A stretch of DNA of 63,704 bases, counting the filler, from Sluysia triapertura (lineage: Eukaryota): assembly GCA_046118255.1 (NCBI GenBank). It is 5 parts of 5 records of this genome, joined end to end, with 100 filler letters (N's around TTAATTAATTAA, not from the genome) between each part and the next. Parts side by side here need not be neighbours in the genome. Positions count along the whole stretch, not along the records: positions 38,555 to 52,722 come from JBJNIA010004447.1; 4 more parts are not named here. One strand, 5' to 3'. Positions 38,555 to 52,822 of this stretch are shown piece after piece. Within the stretch, counting starts at the first letter, position 1. Each line of letters begins with the position of its first letter. The notes under the pieces were generated by a model. That model did not search any database. It was not told the origin of the DNA and saw only the letters and a list, made by a program, of their open reading frames with translations. The translations under genes and the position numbers were made by a program.

Positions 38555-38977
38555 TTTAACAATACAATTAATATTTTCTTCCATGTTCATTTTTGAATCC
38601 ATATAACAACCTATATTTCGTACTATTTGCTCCGTATCTAGTGTCTTGCCACCTGCAATTAACTTTGTTTCATTTTATTTTGAAGAAATCAATAAAATTT
38701 GAATTCGAATGACAGTTATTCGTTATTTTAAAACATTTTCTGGTTCTTCAAGACATTAATTTGAACTTATTACTCCGAAATTAAAAACCCTCAGTTATAA
38801 GAAATAATTTTATTTTGTAATTGCAAACGAAAAGTAAAATTATTAATTTTATTTCACTTCAATACAAAGTGACGATTTTAAAACATGAGAATAATGTTTA
38901 TCTCACATTGTATTAAAATTATTTTTTTCAAAATAATAAAAAACACAATTAAACAATGAATACGCATTATATTTCAG

Positions 38978-39054
38978 ATGGGATCCAATCAAATCGGAAT
39001 GTTTATGTAAACCTGGTTTTGAACGGGATCTTAAATTATTTGGATATTGTAAAG
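38978..39054 (+). CDS. Fibulin-like protein exon (C-terminal half of an EGF domain)
   Basis: tttcag|WDPIKSECLCKPGFERDLKLFGYCK G|gt, phase 1 end. Confidence 0.75.
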
Positions 39055-42000
39055 GTTGCTTTACTATTGTTAGAATTTTAAAAATGAGTATTGATGGTGT
39101 TTCTTAAGAAAAAATGGACTATCACAATTTAGTTTAAATTTATATTAGTGAGTTTGCCTGTGATCTAAGTCTTACAGATTTAAGGACTTATCCACGGCAT
39201 TTATAATCAAATCAAAAAATGTCAAAATTTTGGAGATTAAAATATGATTATGTTTACCTACTTTAAATACATTTTCTCAAAATAAAAATTAAGACATTGT
39301 GTTAAACAAAAATGTGTTAAATTGTGTTAAAATGTGTTAAACAAATTGGATTTGAGTCTCTGACTTGTTAATGAATGAGATTCTAGTAATTATTAGGTGA
39401 AATTAATAAATGATTCTAAGTCGTTCTTTAAAAGAGAACAGATTTTAAATAATTTTAAGAGATTGTTTAAGAGGACATCAAAACATAATGTAAAAATTGA
39501 TAATTCAATTCGATCAAAAAGTATTAATTTTTTTATATTGTTTCATGAAGATTTCAAAAGAAATGAATGAACTTACAATAAATATTTTACAAGTTTAAAA
39601 TTATAAATGCAACTGAAAAGAATTTGTAAAAATTTTTTTACGTAAGGATTTTACTACCACAGTAAACGATGTAAAACTTATAATATTAAAACTAACGTTA
39701 ATTTGGAAAATATATCAGTCTTAATGCATATATAGAGTGATTCAAATAGTTCAATTTTAATAATTTGATTTCACAGTAGATTAATTTACCAAACTGTTGT
39801 AATTTAATTGGTACGTGATTTTAAATTATCCAAAAAATTTCTTATGAAGTTTAGCTTTTCGTATTTTCAAAGTTATAGGTAAAACGCTGAATAATATTGT
39901 GACAATCTGTCCAAAATTCAAATATTTAAAATGTTATAAAAGTTCTGTTTATTCACGTGCATAAACATTTTCATATCACTGACCTTAGAGGGTCTTTATT
40001 GAATTTAATAAATCACGGTTTTTAAGCCTTTTAAAATAATTATTATTATTGTTACAATTATTTTTTATATTATTAATATTAAAATTATCATTATTACTTT
40101 TTTTATTATTGTGGCACAATTATTAAACGAATTATTATTTTTGTTATTTTATTTAATATTTAATATTATTGTATTTGATAAAAATTATATCATCATTACA
40201 ATATATTAATATATTTATTATTTTTTAATTATTTTTCCATCTAACGTTAGTTTTAATGCGTCTTTTATCGACTTGTCTTGCATATATAATATACCATTTA
40301 ATATAATATATATTCGGCTCTGTAAAAGCAAAAGTTTATTAAATTCGAACAAAGAAAGGCATTTTACTGAATTTGGCTTTCTTGATTGTAATAATGAATA
40401 TGGGTGGTTTCAATGCAAGGGACCTGCCGATTTAATTTTCTCAATATACAAAATGATTTATCAAATGTTCGATTATATAATTCATGCATTTGTTTCAAAA
40501 AAAATTCAAAATAATGCGAAATTTCTTGCTTTATTTGATTATTGTACGCAATTGATAAGAAAATTAATCCTTTTATCACAAATGCAAGTTTTGTGATATT
40601 CTACTACATATTAATCCTGTGATTTTAAACTTATGCATAATTAATCAAATTTCAACGATTTTGCATAATTTTCAATTGCATAATATTTTCATTGATTTAT
40701 TTAATTTTTGAACTTTCACTTTATTATGAAACTACTGTATCATTTCCCCTATCATTTTTTCAAATTTCCTTCAACAATTCTTATAGTAAAACATTTTAAT
40801 TTAATTTATTTTATTGATTTTTTAAATTCAAAATTTTATGTGAATTAGTGTTATAAGATTTTATAATTTCAATGAACTTTTTTATTAAGAAGTAAATAAA
40901 TTATGATTTGTAAACAAATGGATGCTTATCTAATATGTTGACCATGTGTAGATTAGACAATAATGTTTATTATGCGCTTAACGTGTTAAGTTTAATTCAA
41001 AATGCCAAAAAGAATCTGGTTTAACTAAAAGATAACTAAATAGAAAATTTATTAAATGCCAATTTCATAATTTACAGTCTAGAAATTTAAAATTAATTAA
41101 TTAATTAATTAATTAATAATAATAATAATAGTGCAAATGGTGTAAGGTAATTGCCCATGTCAGGTATTGTAATAATTTTATTTTTAAAAATTATAATAAA
41201 TTATTAATGCCACACATAATGTAAGAAATACAAATGTACAGTATGGCAAAGCAAAAAAAAACCATAAACACACAATTTTGATAAATAAAGCAATTCAAAT
41301 ATCGAGCTATTGAAATATTATTTTATTAGCTCTGAAATAATCTTTGACAGAAGCAGTAATAATAGTCATAACCGTCAAAGTCAACTTGTGAATTATATTA
41401 AAGCTTACAACTTAGATGAATAAGACTTATAAATTTGTAAATAAATTTGCGTACTTAACAAATTCATAATGCAACATTATGGATCAATATATTCTTCAAT
41501 TAGCTTAGAGATTTATAATAACTTAATAACTTAGGATATTATCTTACTTAAATCTTATGTATTTTATATGCTAATCGTATTTATATGCTGGTCCTATTTT
41601 ATACGCTGGTCCTCATTCTGACACCAGTTTTTTATGTAAGTTTTTGGTGATTATTTGTTTAGATTTTAATCTACATGAGTTCTTTACGATATTAGACTGA
41701 CTCACTTAAGGGCTAATACGTAAGTGACGTATAAAATACTTATTTGGAAGTTTTTTTATATCTCAAGATGTCAAGAAACTAGTTAAAGAACTATTGCTAT
41801 AATGTTAGGGGTTCCGTTTCTGTCTTATTGCAATGACAAGTTAAAATTATATATTTTACGTCGGATCCCAATTAAAAAGGATCTTCGAAAGTGAAATTTA
41901 ATATTACACTATGAAAACACAAAAGATTTTTGGGTTAGTTTATAACTGTGAAAATAATTTAATTAATTATGAAAACACAATTTGAATAATTTGTATTAGA

Positions 42001-43074
42001 TAAAAATTATAGCCAGCTTACGAAACTTTGTTGCATAATAAACATATAAATGTTACAAAAATTAAATACTAGTGGTATTAATTTTTCTTATAATAAATTT
42101 TTGAAATTAATTTTGCTTCAACCCTTTAAACGGTTAAAAAAAACAAATTAAATAAAAAGATTTTGAGTAAGACTTTTACGTCAACAACTAAATGGTTGCG
42201 CAAACTTAACTAAACTGACTAATGGATTATTTTTGTATGAATGTAGTCAATTCTGAATCGATGCCTTTATTCTCTATACTATTAGAATTTGTATAACGTC
42301 CAGGTTTTTGTTACTTCCAAGGTAAAACTTTCTGTCTGATTTTGTTAAGAATTCGTTGATTGACTGTCATGAATTTTATGTTGTTTGTTATGAAATATTA
42401 TGTGAGGTATATTTACCCTTAATTTCAAGGTTATTTGTGACAAAATTTAAACAAAAGTTTTTTACCCATTAAATATAATTTTACAAAATATTAAAAATAT
42501 TCTTTTTAAATAATCCGTTAAATATACATTTACAATTAATAAGTTATTTAAATAAAATAATAAACTAATAAATTATCAAATAAATTAATGGTAAAAATAG
42601 AATTTACATAATAAATAATGTACAGAAAATAATATTGATTTTAAATATAAAGTTAGACATACAATCAAATGTTAGATTATTCATAAAAATAGCTATTTAT
42701 AAATCGTATAAGCACACAACTTGAATTTGATTCATAAAAATTACAAGTACACAAGTTCACTTTGATATAGCATTCACAGCGATTTGTTATTGTATTCATT
42801 CAAGAATAATCCATAGTTTTTTAAAATCATAAAACCTCATAAAATAATATATAATTAATAGATCAAATGTTAAATTATTTATTAAACAAGTTTCATATTA
42901 GTTAAAATAAAAAATGTTTTTTCTTCTAACTTTAGTTTATTTTGTTAGTTTATTGCACTAAAATCTTGATTCAATTTACTTATTTATTATTATTATCATT
43001 TTTTTACTGATATGTAAAATAGAGGCATACTTATAATTATAATAGTAATATTATATAAAATTATTTTCATTCAG

Positions 43075-43197
43075 ATATTGACGAATGTAAGATGGAATTC
43101 AATATTTGTGGCGAAGGAGGTGAATGTATTAACGAAATGGGAAGTTATACTTGTAGCTGTAAAATGGGCTTTTATTTAAATAATTCTATTTGTCAGG
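43075..43197 (+). CDS. Fibulin-like protein exon (calcium-binding EGF)
   Basis: DIDECKMEFNICGEGGECINEMGSYTCSCKMGFYLNNSICQ; symmetric phase 1-1 exon of 123 nt. Confidence 0.92.
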
Positions 43198-44413
43198 GTT
43201 AGAGGAGATCATTTATTTATTTAATTATTCTTGGAATAATTTCTTTTTAAGGTTTTCCCATGTACGCTTGATAAATTATGTAATGTGCATATAAAGTCTC
43301 TTAAGATATCATTTACCAACGTAATCAACCATAAGTGTATTACCTTGATTCAGTCGTTTGTGAATCATAATAGTACATTATAATAGTACATAAACTAAAA
43401 TTCATAATATTCTGCAGCATTTAATATTTTAACATCATTTAAGATCTCTTTATTATAGAGATTGAATTTAAAAGGCAACCTTAATTTTAAATTATTTATT
43501 ATTAAAATCTTAAAGCAATAACTAATTAAACCAATTAATAATTTACGGTTTTGAAGATAAAGGTGTATCAAAAAGTTTATAATTTAAATTCATTACCATT
43601 TTTGACGATTTGTGAAATAAACAAAATGTGTCATAAATTTATACAATATTAAATCAAACTTTTTTGGGACAAAAGGATGTTGCTATTCATAACATAATGC
43701 ATTAATTAATTTCGAGTTTTTGATACAAATCCAACATTATTTATTGTTGTTTATTCAAATTTATCTTAAGTTTGGTTTAAATCCATAAATTGTAGTTTTA
43801 AAATATGTTAATTGATGTAAGAATGTGCCCATTTTCATTAAGCCACATGTTGACTAATTTAATCCTATAATATACCAGTTAATATTGCTTATTTCTACAC
43901 AAACTGGAAATTTAAACACATTTAGAAAAATTAAATAAACCTTTTTTTCATCGAAAAACAATATTAAATCCGAATCCTAAGGGAACATCAAATGTATGTA
44001 GTGCTGGTGCAGTGCTATTTTCACTAAAATTATTTTCTGGCATCCACAAACCAATAAAATTTCATTCCATCACTTAAACGATGAAATAAGTATAATTCAA
44101 CTATTAAATGACCAAAGAAGAACCACATACGTATCTAATTATTTGTTTCATTGATGTCTTAATAGTTATTACCCTTCTGAATGAATTTTTTTAATTATAC
44201 GAAAATAATTTAAATGATTGAATTTTATTATCGTAAAATTGTCAATAGTAATATGTTTTTTGAATTCGGTGTTAGAGTAATAGGGTATAGAACTTCTAAA
44301 ACAAATAAAGTTAATTAAACTTGTAATACATAAGTTCGAATTAAATTTGTAGTTCAAATTATTTTTGAATGTAAGTAAAGGAAAAACATTACAACTTATG
44401 CCGATTTTATTAG

Positions 44414-44536
44414 ATTTAGATGAATGTCATATGGGAATTTCTAAATGCGGTAATCTCATTTGTCAAAATACATATGGTTCTTATTCATGTCACTGTCCCT
44501 ACGGCTACAGTAATGGACCTAATCTTACATGTATAG
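44414..44536 (+). CDS. Fibulin-like protein exon (calcium-binding EGF)
   Basis: DLDECHMGISKCGNLICQNTYGSYSCHCPYGYSNGPNLTCI; 123 nt, followed by a 37-nt intron. Confidence 0.92.
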
Positions 44537-44573
44537 GTAATTTTTATTTTAGTTTAAAATAAATGGAAACTAG

Positions 44574-44724
44574 ATGTTAATGAATGTATTATGCCAAATA
44601 TTTGTCATAACACTAATATTGGAAGAAGAAAATCATTTTGTGTTAATTTGATTGGATCATATCAATGTTTGATGCATACGTGCGATTGGAACTATATAGC
44701 AGCTCCATTAAAATATGGATTTAT
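44574..44724 (+). CDS. Fibulin-like protein exon (last cbEGF, fibulin-type spacing)
   Basis: DVNECIMPNICHNTNIGRRKSFCVNLIGSYQCLMHTCDWNY...; donor AT|GTTAGT. Confidence 0.88.
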
Positions 44725-46758
44725 GTTAGTTTTGAATTTAAATATTGATTATTTCATAAAACCAATATATTTAATGTCTTTTCGAGCTAAAATGTTTTAA
44801 ATAAAATTCGAATTATTTAATTATTTTATATTTTATAGATTTCATTATATGTTACTGTGGTTTTCCTAAAGCTAACTTACGGCAAAATAAATTTTAGCAG
44901 GGTTCGGCTACAGTAGACGACTTAAACATACAGTAGGGGTGTCTGCAATTAACTGTGATAATTCTTATCGTAAATTTTAACCTTTAATCTCTAAATCTTC
45001 TAACTAATTCATTAAATAAATTGATTCAAATATATTTTAATATATATTATATCTACTTTAAGAGAAAGTCTATATACTTAACAGAGGGTCTATTCCTCTG
45101 TTCAAATCTTATAATTCAAATTTTATTCCTTAGATAATGAATAATTTTTTAATTAACTTACAATAATTAGTTCACAAGTTAAATGTCTATTAAATGTTTA
45201 TTAAATATGATATCACACTAAAATTGGTATAATGAACAAGTACACTAATAAAATCGAAATAGTGTCTATTCAAGATATAGAAAGCACTTTAGTACAATAT
45301 AGAAGGTAATTGCATTTTAGAATTAAACTCATTTAGGTATTTAATTCAGAAACTTGTGATTAAATCGGGGCATAAAAGTTTAAAACAAAGATTTTAAGAT
45401 AATTTTTATATTTTACTCTTACGAATAAAACAACCTTAAAAGCTTTTTGAAAAACTTACTAATTTCGTACATCATTTTTTTCAAAATGGCCGTCTTCCAG
45501 GAATGTAAAATTCTAGTACAATTGAATAAATTTGTGCTGAAATTGTGCTTGCCAGTGAAACGTGAGCTTTATTATTGTGATTGAATTGTGATTTGTGAAT
45601 GTGATTGAAATTTCACTGGTTTATATATCAGCTTCCATCCGATCACATTTTACTTCGTTTTTTAATACTTATGTTGTTAAATAAATTACTTAATATTATT
45701 ATATGTTAAAAATATATTTATTATTATTGCAATATTTTCTTATCTTACGAAGAAAGATTGTGATTTCACCTGTTATGGCTAGCCGTTAGATTTTAAAAGC
45801 AAACAAGTGTAGAAGGTCAAAGTTTCAATTTGAGTTGATCCATTTAAATCACTTTCAAAAATCTTTAGTGGATACGTTTCTTTCAACAAAAATTTAGGAA
45901 AATTAAAATATTATTAGTGATTATTTTCCTGGGTATCCGTTAAAAGGTTTCGAAAAATGGTTTAGTTTACGTTTTCGATAAATCTCGAATAAATACAAAA
46001 CGGGTATTAATTTTAGTTATTTTAAATTAATATAATTTACTTATGATTAATAATTCACCAAATAAGAAAAACCTTGTTACCAAGATATATTATCAACAGA
46101 TTAATACAATAAGAAATAAATTACGAAATTAACTTTTTTAAGTTAATATAAAAGAATGTAATTTTAATAGATATTTTATTATAGTACTTTTAAATAGTTC
46201 TACAATTATTAGGATTAATGATTTTTAGTAAATTTAACACAGTACCTATTAGGCACGACCTTAACAAAAATAAGCTAACGAATATTTAAATATTAAATAA
46301 TAATCATCTAAAAATCGGTTCCGAGAATTTCTTCTGATTGAAATTTTGGATCACATATCGTAAGTTAAATGTTCTAGAAAACGTGTGATTTTATTCTTAT
46401 TTATAGTAATTCTGGAACCGACCTTGACTTCATTAAAACAATTTAAAATAATTTTAATAATTTAAACAATAAAATGTTTAAAAAATTATAAAATATTTAC
46501 TTCAAAAATAAATTAAAATAATTACTTATATTAATTTAATCTTCAATTAAAATAAATATCCAAAAATTAATTAATGTTTACAATCAAATTTAATAAAATA
46601 ATTATGAAAATTTAATAAAAAATTATCAATTAATTATCACGTAAAAATTAATAAAAGTCAAAGTTAATAAGTTACACACACAATCTATACGTATAAAGCG
46701 ATTATTATATTATTATTATTTACTTACTAGCATGTATTTATTAGTAATATTTATTCAG

Positions 46759-46996
46759 GTGCATTATATCGAATTCTAACTGTAGTTTTCGAAATTCTAA
46801 TTTCCAGTGTTTAAAGCAGCTTCCACTATATAAAATACACAAAATTATCGAAATAAATGCACATAACATTAGAGAAATGATGCCATATCAATTTGATAAA
46901 ATTTCTCTTTACCAATTCGAATATGGTGGTTTTCATCTTAGCGGGACTGTAATAGATCGTACTAAAGGACCATTAAATGGCTATGAATGGGTTTCT
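46759..46996 (+). CDS. Fibulin-like protein exon (start of fibulin C-terminal domain)
   Basis: ttcag|G TGC, phase 2 match. CIISNSNCSFRNSNFQCLKQLPLYKIHKIIEI resembles fibulin C...C...CSKLPLRI. Donor is either 46991 or 46997, both phase 0. Confidence 0.75.
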
Positions 46997-49059
46997 GTTA
47001 GTGATATTGGAATTTTCAAAATTATATTAATAAATTTATTAATAGTGAGTTAACATGGTGTTTCAAATTCACAATAATATATCTCTTGATATTTCTATTA
47101 AAAAAATAAGTCCTTATGCTAACGCAATACTTTTATGATTAATTAGTGTGCATAAAATTTTATGAATCAAACATCCAATATATATTGACGATAGATAAGA
47201 TTTTGTTTCAAATTTATAATTATTATATAATTATAAATATTTATAATTTTTTATAAGTATTAGAACCATTAACAAATGAAAATGAACGAATCAATTATTA
47301 TTTTATTTTAGTGTAACAAAAATAAACGATGTCTAACAAGACCAATCTGTAACAATAAATTATTTCATTATGCTAAATTGGGACTGAATGACAAAACTGT
47401 TAGATTTCTTACTAAACAATTATAATATTATTTTCTTCGGGTTCGCCTGTGACATAAGATTTATATCGCACGAAGGCGTATTCATAGGATGTTAAATGTC
47501 AAAAAACTACGTTAAAGATTACTTAATCAATCTTGCGGCAATACAAATTTAATTGACTCAATCTGAGGGTTAATACACTAGTATATTTTTCTTTATTTAT
47601 TTCAATCAATTAAGTCTTGCTTAATCAATTAACTATACTATTTAGCTTACTCTACAAAGTCAATTTAAAAGGTCAATATTTTACTTTCAATATATATTTC
47701 TTTCAATATATATTTACTTTCAATATACGCAAAAAATCAATTTAATTTTTTTTGGATTTTACTTAAACCAATTTTATTCTATTAAACTTTACTTGAAACT
47801 CTATTCTATCAATTAACGACACTATCAATTTAACTGTACTAAAATTAGAAACTTTAAAAATAACCAAATTTTATTATTTAAATACAAAACAAATTGATAA
47901 ATATGTACAAAAAAACTTTGAATAATAAGTATAAAGAAATGTGCTCCAAGGTATTTGTCCTTGATTTTTAACAAATACAATTGAATTTAAGTAGATTTTA
48001 ACTCAGGCGAATGCTTGAGTGTAATAAAAAAGATTTTAAGTTGATTTTAACGCAAAATATTAATGCGAGATCTTAACAAAAATATCATACTTATTCATGA
48101 AAAAATATCTGCAAATTGTTGCTTGGTTCCAAAAAAACTGTTCAATTAATTTGAAAATGAATAGTTCCAAATGATTGAATATTGAATTAAAATTCTCCTT
48201 TAATGCTCGTACAATTGAAATTTCCATATAACGGCTTTAACAATTAATGTTCTATTCTGTTGAATGTCTAACAATTTATATATTTTAAAATTATTTGATA
48301 TTTGCCGATATCCCCATGTAAGTGAAATAATTAATTAAATTAATTTTTTGTAAATAAGTACCAAATTATAAATTGAATTAATTTACGTTAATTTTGTGAA
48401 CACTTGAATAAATAAATTATTATCATCATTAATTTTATAAACAATTTATAAATTAGAATAAATAATTAATTGATTAATTTACATAATTTTAAACCTTTAA
48501 TTTGCTTTATTTAAAATTATATTAATATTTACATAAACTTAAAATATAAACCTAATTTACACACTATTTACAATGTCTACATTATTTACAAAACTGAATC
48601 CAAAGTCGAATTCAGGATAGTGTTTAAAATTATCTAACTTTTTGTGGCAATATGTTTTACGAAGTACTTTAATTCTTGGGTCTGATTTAGACCCTGATTA
48701 ACAAAAGATGACATTGAAAACTTTAAAGAACAGATATGCTTTAGAGTTGTATTTTCTAATTAAAAGCAGCACTTTTGAAGCCTCTTAAACATTGTGACTA
48801 AAATCGTGAAACCAAGAATTTTGAGATCGGTTTTCACGACAAGAAACCAAGTGTTTGAGATTCTATTGCTGCCATGAAAAATGGTTTTGGGAAAAAGATA
48901 CAGAATTTATTTTACCTGCTTGATTTAAGATTCCCTACCGTGTCACTACCTTCACTCAACCGGTGATCTATTTGTTATGTTGCAATCCTGGAATATGAAT
49001 TTGGTGTACAAAGGTCTGGATAAATGGGATTTGTGATTTGTCAGGAGGTGCAAGATACC

Positions 49060-51100
49060 GACTGTGGTGGGTGAACAGATAACCGCGGTCATATTATATT
49101 AATAATACCACTCACAGACATGAAAATTTTATCAAAAAAGACATCATAACGTGTCTCATTTACATCATCACACAACATCCCATCAAACCCCACACTTTCA
49201 CTACTACATTTCAACTCCAAAATCAACAGAATTATTAAATTATCGATTAAAATTAAACTCTAAGTTAATAATGTTAATGTTGCAAATTTCAACTTTTACA
49301 ATAAATATAATCGCCATAACATCATTGTTATCATTTTAAACTTTTGTTCATACGTATATTTTATTGTTTTATATTTTATTATTTTTTATACTATCATAAA
49401 GATCCCGAAAGAACTCGAGAAATGTGTATTTTAAGAGAATGTTTTTATAGCTTCTTTCTTTCATAACTTCAATTGTTTGCGTGGTCTTGGTTGTACAATT
49501 CTCGATTTGTAATCGCACTAGTAACTGATGTATCTCAACAAATTGCTATGTCAACTTATCAGAGTACGAAGCAACCGTTATCAATTTTGGAATTAAATAA
49601 AAATTAAAATTTCCTATGTTACTTACTCGTTAAAAATTGCTATAACCGGTGTTTGTACAGAATTTTGAACACTTCAAAAATTTATCACAAAAGTTCAAAT
49701 TAAAGAAATCGTTTAATCAAAGAACTACAGAAGTAAAGAATTAAAGAACAGAAAGAAAAAATTTGATTAATAAAAATAAAAGTGCTCGAGAATAGAGTAA
49801 TAATAGAATAATAAAGAACTATATAATAATCTGGCCTTGGACTAAAAATAAAATTATTATTAATTTAAAATGTTTTAGAAATAACGATCTAAAAGTATAG
49901 ATAAAAATTTTTTAATGGAAGTTCTATAAAGCATGAATTTAAATTTAGTTCAGGAAGATGTTAAGTCAAGATCACTGATGTTCGATCGAGACAAAAACCA
50001 AGTTTATCTAGTCTTAAGTGGATGCATTCCAATTAACTTTCAAATATTATGCAGAATTCTCACTACTTACCGCCGTAACGAACTAAATAATTCAGTGTTA
50101 TGCAACATTAAAACTATGAATGATGCCAAACCAAATGTAACTCCAGACACTACAAACTCCGAATGTTTTAAATTGTTTACATAACGAGTCACGTGCAGGC
50201 AAATTAAAAGATGATACCTTAAATGCTAACGTCAAAGGTTTTAGATTTAATTAGTCTTGATGGAGTGAATTTGTGATTAGTTTAGTTTGTCTGAAGCTCC
50301 ATTTTAAAGTTAAGTGTTTCAAATTTAGATGTACAACACGGAGCGAAGTAATGACTGGTTTGAATTGTTCGACACTGCACGCGATAGATAACTAAATGTG
50401 TTTTACGTTTAAAGATCATCAATATAGAAAGTTAAAATTGAATGACTTCACGATTCTTTTAAATCATTTTTAACTGGGAATCATCGACGTGCAGGTTGGA
50501 TGTTATGCGAGCCATGTCCCAAGCAAGCTCGAAACGATACCAAGTTATATTATTTAGTTAATCTTTTTTTGATATTTTTACAAAATTGGTCCTAATGAGT
50601 TTAATTTTGTTATTAGTGATTTTTACATTTTTTGAATTGAATTTTTATTAATAAAATTCTTTTATGTTCGAAAGGATAATCACCATCATCAAACATGCAT
50701 AATCTCATGTAACAAGAATAGATTTCATCCTTTGTCACTAGAAATAGAGTTACAGTCACATACTATATTTCGTCTAAACAAGCATCTCCCCCAACTCGCC
50801 AGGTACATAGACGGGTTGCATGAATAGTTGTATCGAATCTTTTTGGTATTACAGAATCTCGTGGATTGCCAGGAAATTGTACAAAGCTGGTGTCATTCAC
50901 ATTCAGTAATACTGACTAGTGTTAGTAAATTCATCAGAGTAACTGAAAGTTTTATTCAAGATAATACAATAGTGACTTGTGGCCGAATTGAATATAAGCC
51001 ATCTTTTTATGTCTATTGTAACAGAACTAAAAACTGTTTTCCTTACTTTTGTATTTATAATTTAAATTTTCAGAATGAATTACCATATTCTATAATAAGG
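49060..51100 (+). mobile_element. Decayed retroelement (CCCH-ORF family candidate) in fibulin intron
   Basis: G-poor leader 49140-49330, then TREMCILRECFYSFFLHNFNCLRGLGCTILD (C-x10-C-x5-C-x3-D, His lost). Boundaries approximate. Confidence 0.4.
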
Positions 51101-51482
51101 TTATTTTAAAATTATGTATTTTTGATATTATCAAACACTGAGTATTATTGAACAACTGCTGTATTATTTCAGCATCACCAGCTACAAAATTAATACTTGA
51201 TTGTTTCTATGAATGGTATGCAATACTATGTTAATCTACCTACAATTATATAACTTTTCGAAAAAAATTTCATTGATTAATAAGCTTATTATTTAATGAC
51301 CATTCCAGACATCATAAATTTTTAAATCTAAAATTGCTTAGCTATTAAATTTAAATATCTTAACAAAAGAAATTATTATTTCGTAATATTATTTTATTAA
51401 AATTGAAAATAATATCACAAATTTTTTTCTTTCACATCTTTGATTAACTTTCTGTTTCTTACGAATATCATATAGATTATAA

Positions 51483-51616
51483 TGTTGGGATACAGACCTA
51501 AAATGCCATTTGGTATAATGGACTATAATAATCTAAAATTGTTAGACGAGGCTGATAGCTCAGTGGTAGAGGTTCCGAGTTCGATCCCCGGTCAGTTCAT
51601 TTGATGAAGTCTAACA
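51483..51616 (+). mobile_element. Mini solo-LTR-like element containing a tRNA-derived Pol III promoter, copy 1
   Basis: TGTTGG...CTAACA termini with ATAA on both sides. A box TAGCTCAGTGG (51556), B box GAGTTCGATCC (51577), acceptor-like stem GGCTGA/TCAGTT, no anticodon arm. Confidence 0.6.
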
Positions 51617-51881
51617 ATAATATATATCAGAATTACGCTTTATAATTTGATAAGCGTTAATTAATGTAATGTTAATATTTTCTAAATTTTTTAATCTTAA
51701 AATGTTCTGTAAGTGTGATTTCACATTTTCAGATCCATTAAAAATACACTAAAGACATTTAATCATTATCCAAATAAATATCTAAACCAAAAATCACAAA
51801 ACGTTTATATATAAAATACTTCGCACTATAATTAAGGATTTAAATGAATTGTTGGAAAGTTACAATTAATTTGTTATTAAG

Positions 51882-52061
51882 GTAACTAGCTCTCAAACGG
51901 ACGATACTTTACTAGAACTGTATTTATTAAAATATTCAGAATCCATTGTTGATATTGAAATATCAATTAGTATTCATATTGATTATTTAGACAATTCTCA
52001 ATTCACTCATCAATTATCGTATCAATTTATTATTTCAAAGAGTAAATTTGTATTAGAATAG
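51882..52061 (+). CDS. Fibulin-like protein terminal exon
   Basis: VTSSQTDDTLLELYLLKYSESIVDIEISISIHIDY...LSYQFIISKSKFVLE*. Alternating beta-strand pattern like the end of the fibulin C-terminal domain. Phase-0 acceptor attaag. Confidence 0.6.
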   Translation, partial: VTSSQTDDTLLELYLLKYSESIVDIEISISIHIDYLDNSQFTHQLSYQFIISKSKFVLE

Positions 52062-52722
52062 ATATAAAAGAGACTTATAGTTGTGTATTTATGGTAATTG
52101 GAACTTTAGAACTTTCTTACCCCATTAGATGATAAAATTTTTTTGAATTTTTAACGGGAAAAGTTATGCTTATGCGCAAAAGTTGTTCAACAATATAATT
52201 ATATTCAAATTTTATTCTACTGCAAGATAGACTTGTACTTGTATGGAAAGATGCCCCTTTAATATTACTATCATTTTAGCTTAAATTCGAAATTAAAGAA
52301 TAGATTTTTGTTAAAACATAATATCTGGAATATGGGAATTGAAGTCGTATATTTTATGGGTTTCGATGTTGTCGTGTATTTATGTTTGATTAGTGTATGA
52401 CACGTGCGAATGATAGAAAAGTTTGAGGGCGTCACACTCCCCATTTGAAGACAGCAGTAAGGAAGTCGGATGTCTGGTGCGAAGTGTAATTTAATTTCGT
52501 AATTAAATTGAGTATGAACTCTTGTATGTTTGTTGATAGACTTGTTTATAATTTGTCTCTGAGATTCGGAAACTTTAATTCTTTCAAAACATACGTGTAT
52601 TAAGAGTTGGGTGCTTAAGACATTACTTACTTTACGTGTATGATAACAAATTTTAAAAACAAACAGGTAAAAACTTTTGATATTTGAATATATTAAAACA
52701 TTATTTGGATTGTAGATTTTAC

Positions 52723-52822
52723 NNNNNNNNNNNNNNNNNNNNNNNNNNNNNNNNNNNNNNNNNNNNTTAATTAATTAANNNNNNNNNNNNNNNNNNNNNN
52801 NNNNNNNNNNNNNNNNNNNNNN
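52723..52822. other. Artificial contig spacer
   Basis: 44 N + TTAATTAATTAA + 44 N. Confidence 0.98.

Noticed and set aside
41093-41116. (TTAA)n run resembling the linker
   Set aside because: Not flanked by Ns; an ordinary simple repeat.
50264-50298. Partial match to the 3' half of the SNORD80-type snoRNA
   Set aside because: No box C or D' guide; a short AT-rich match that could be chance.
51549-51599. Functional tRNA gene
   Set aside because: No anticodon arm in copy 1 and an unpaired one in copy 2; mismatched stems.
51539-51617. Hammerhead ribozyme (TGATGAAGTC half core)
   Set aside because: No GAAA core strand or stems I/III in the proper arrangement.
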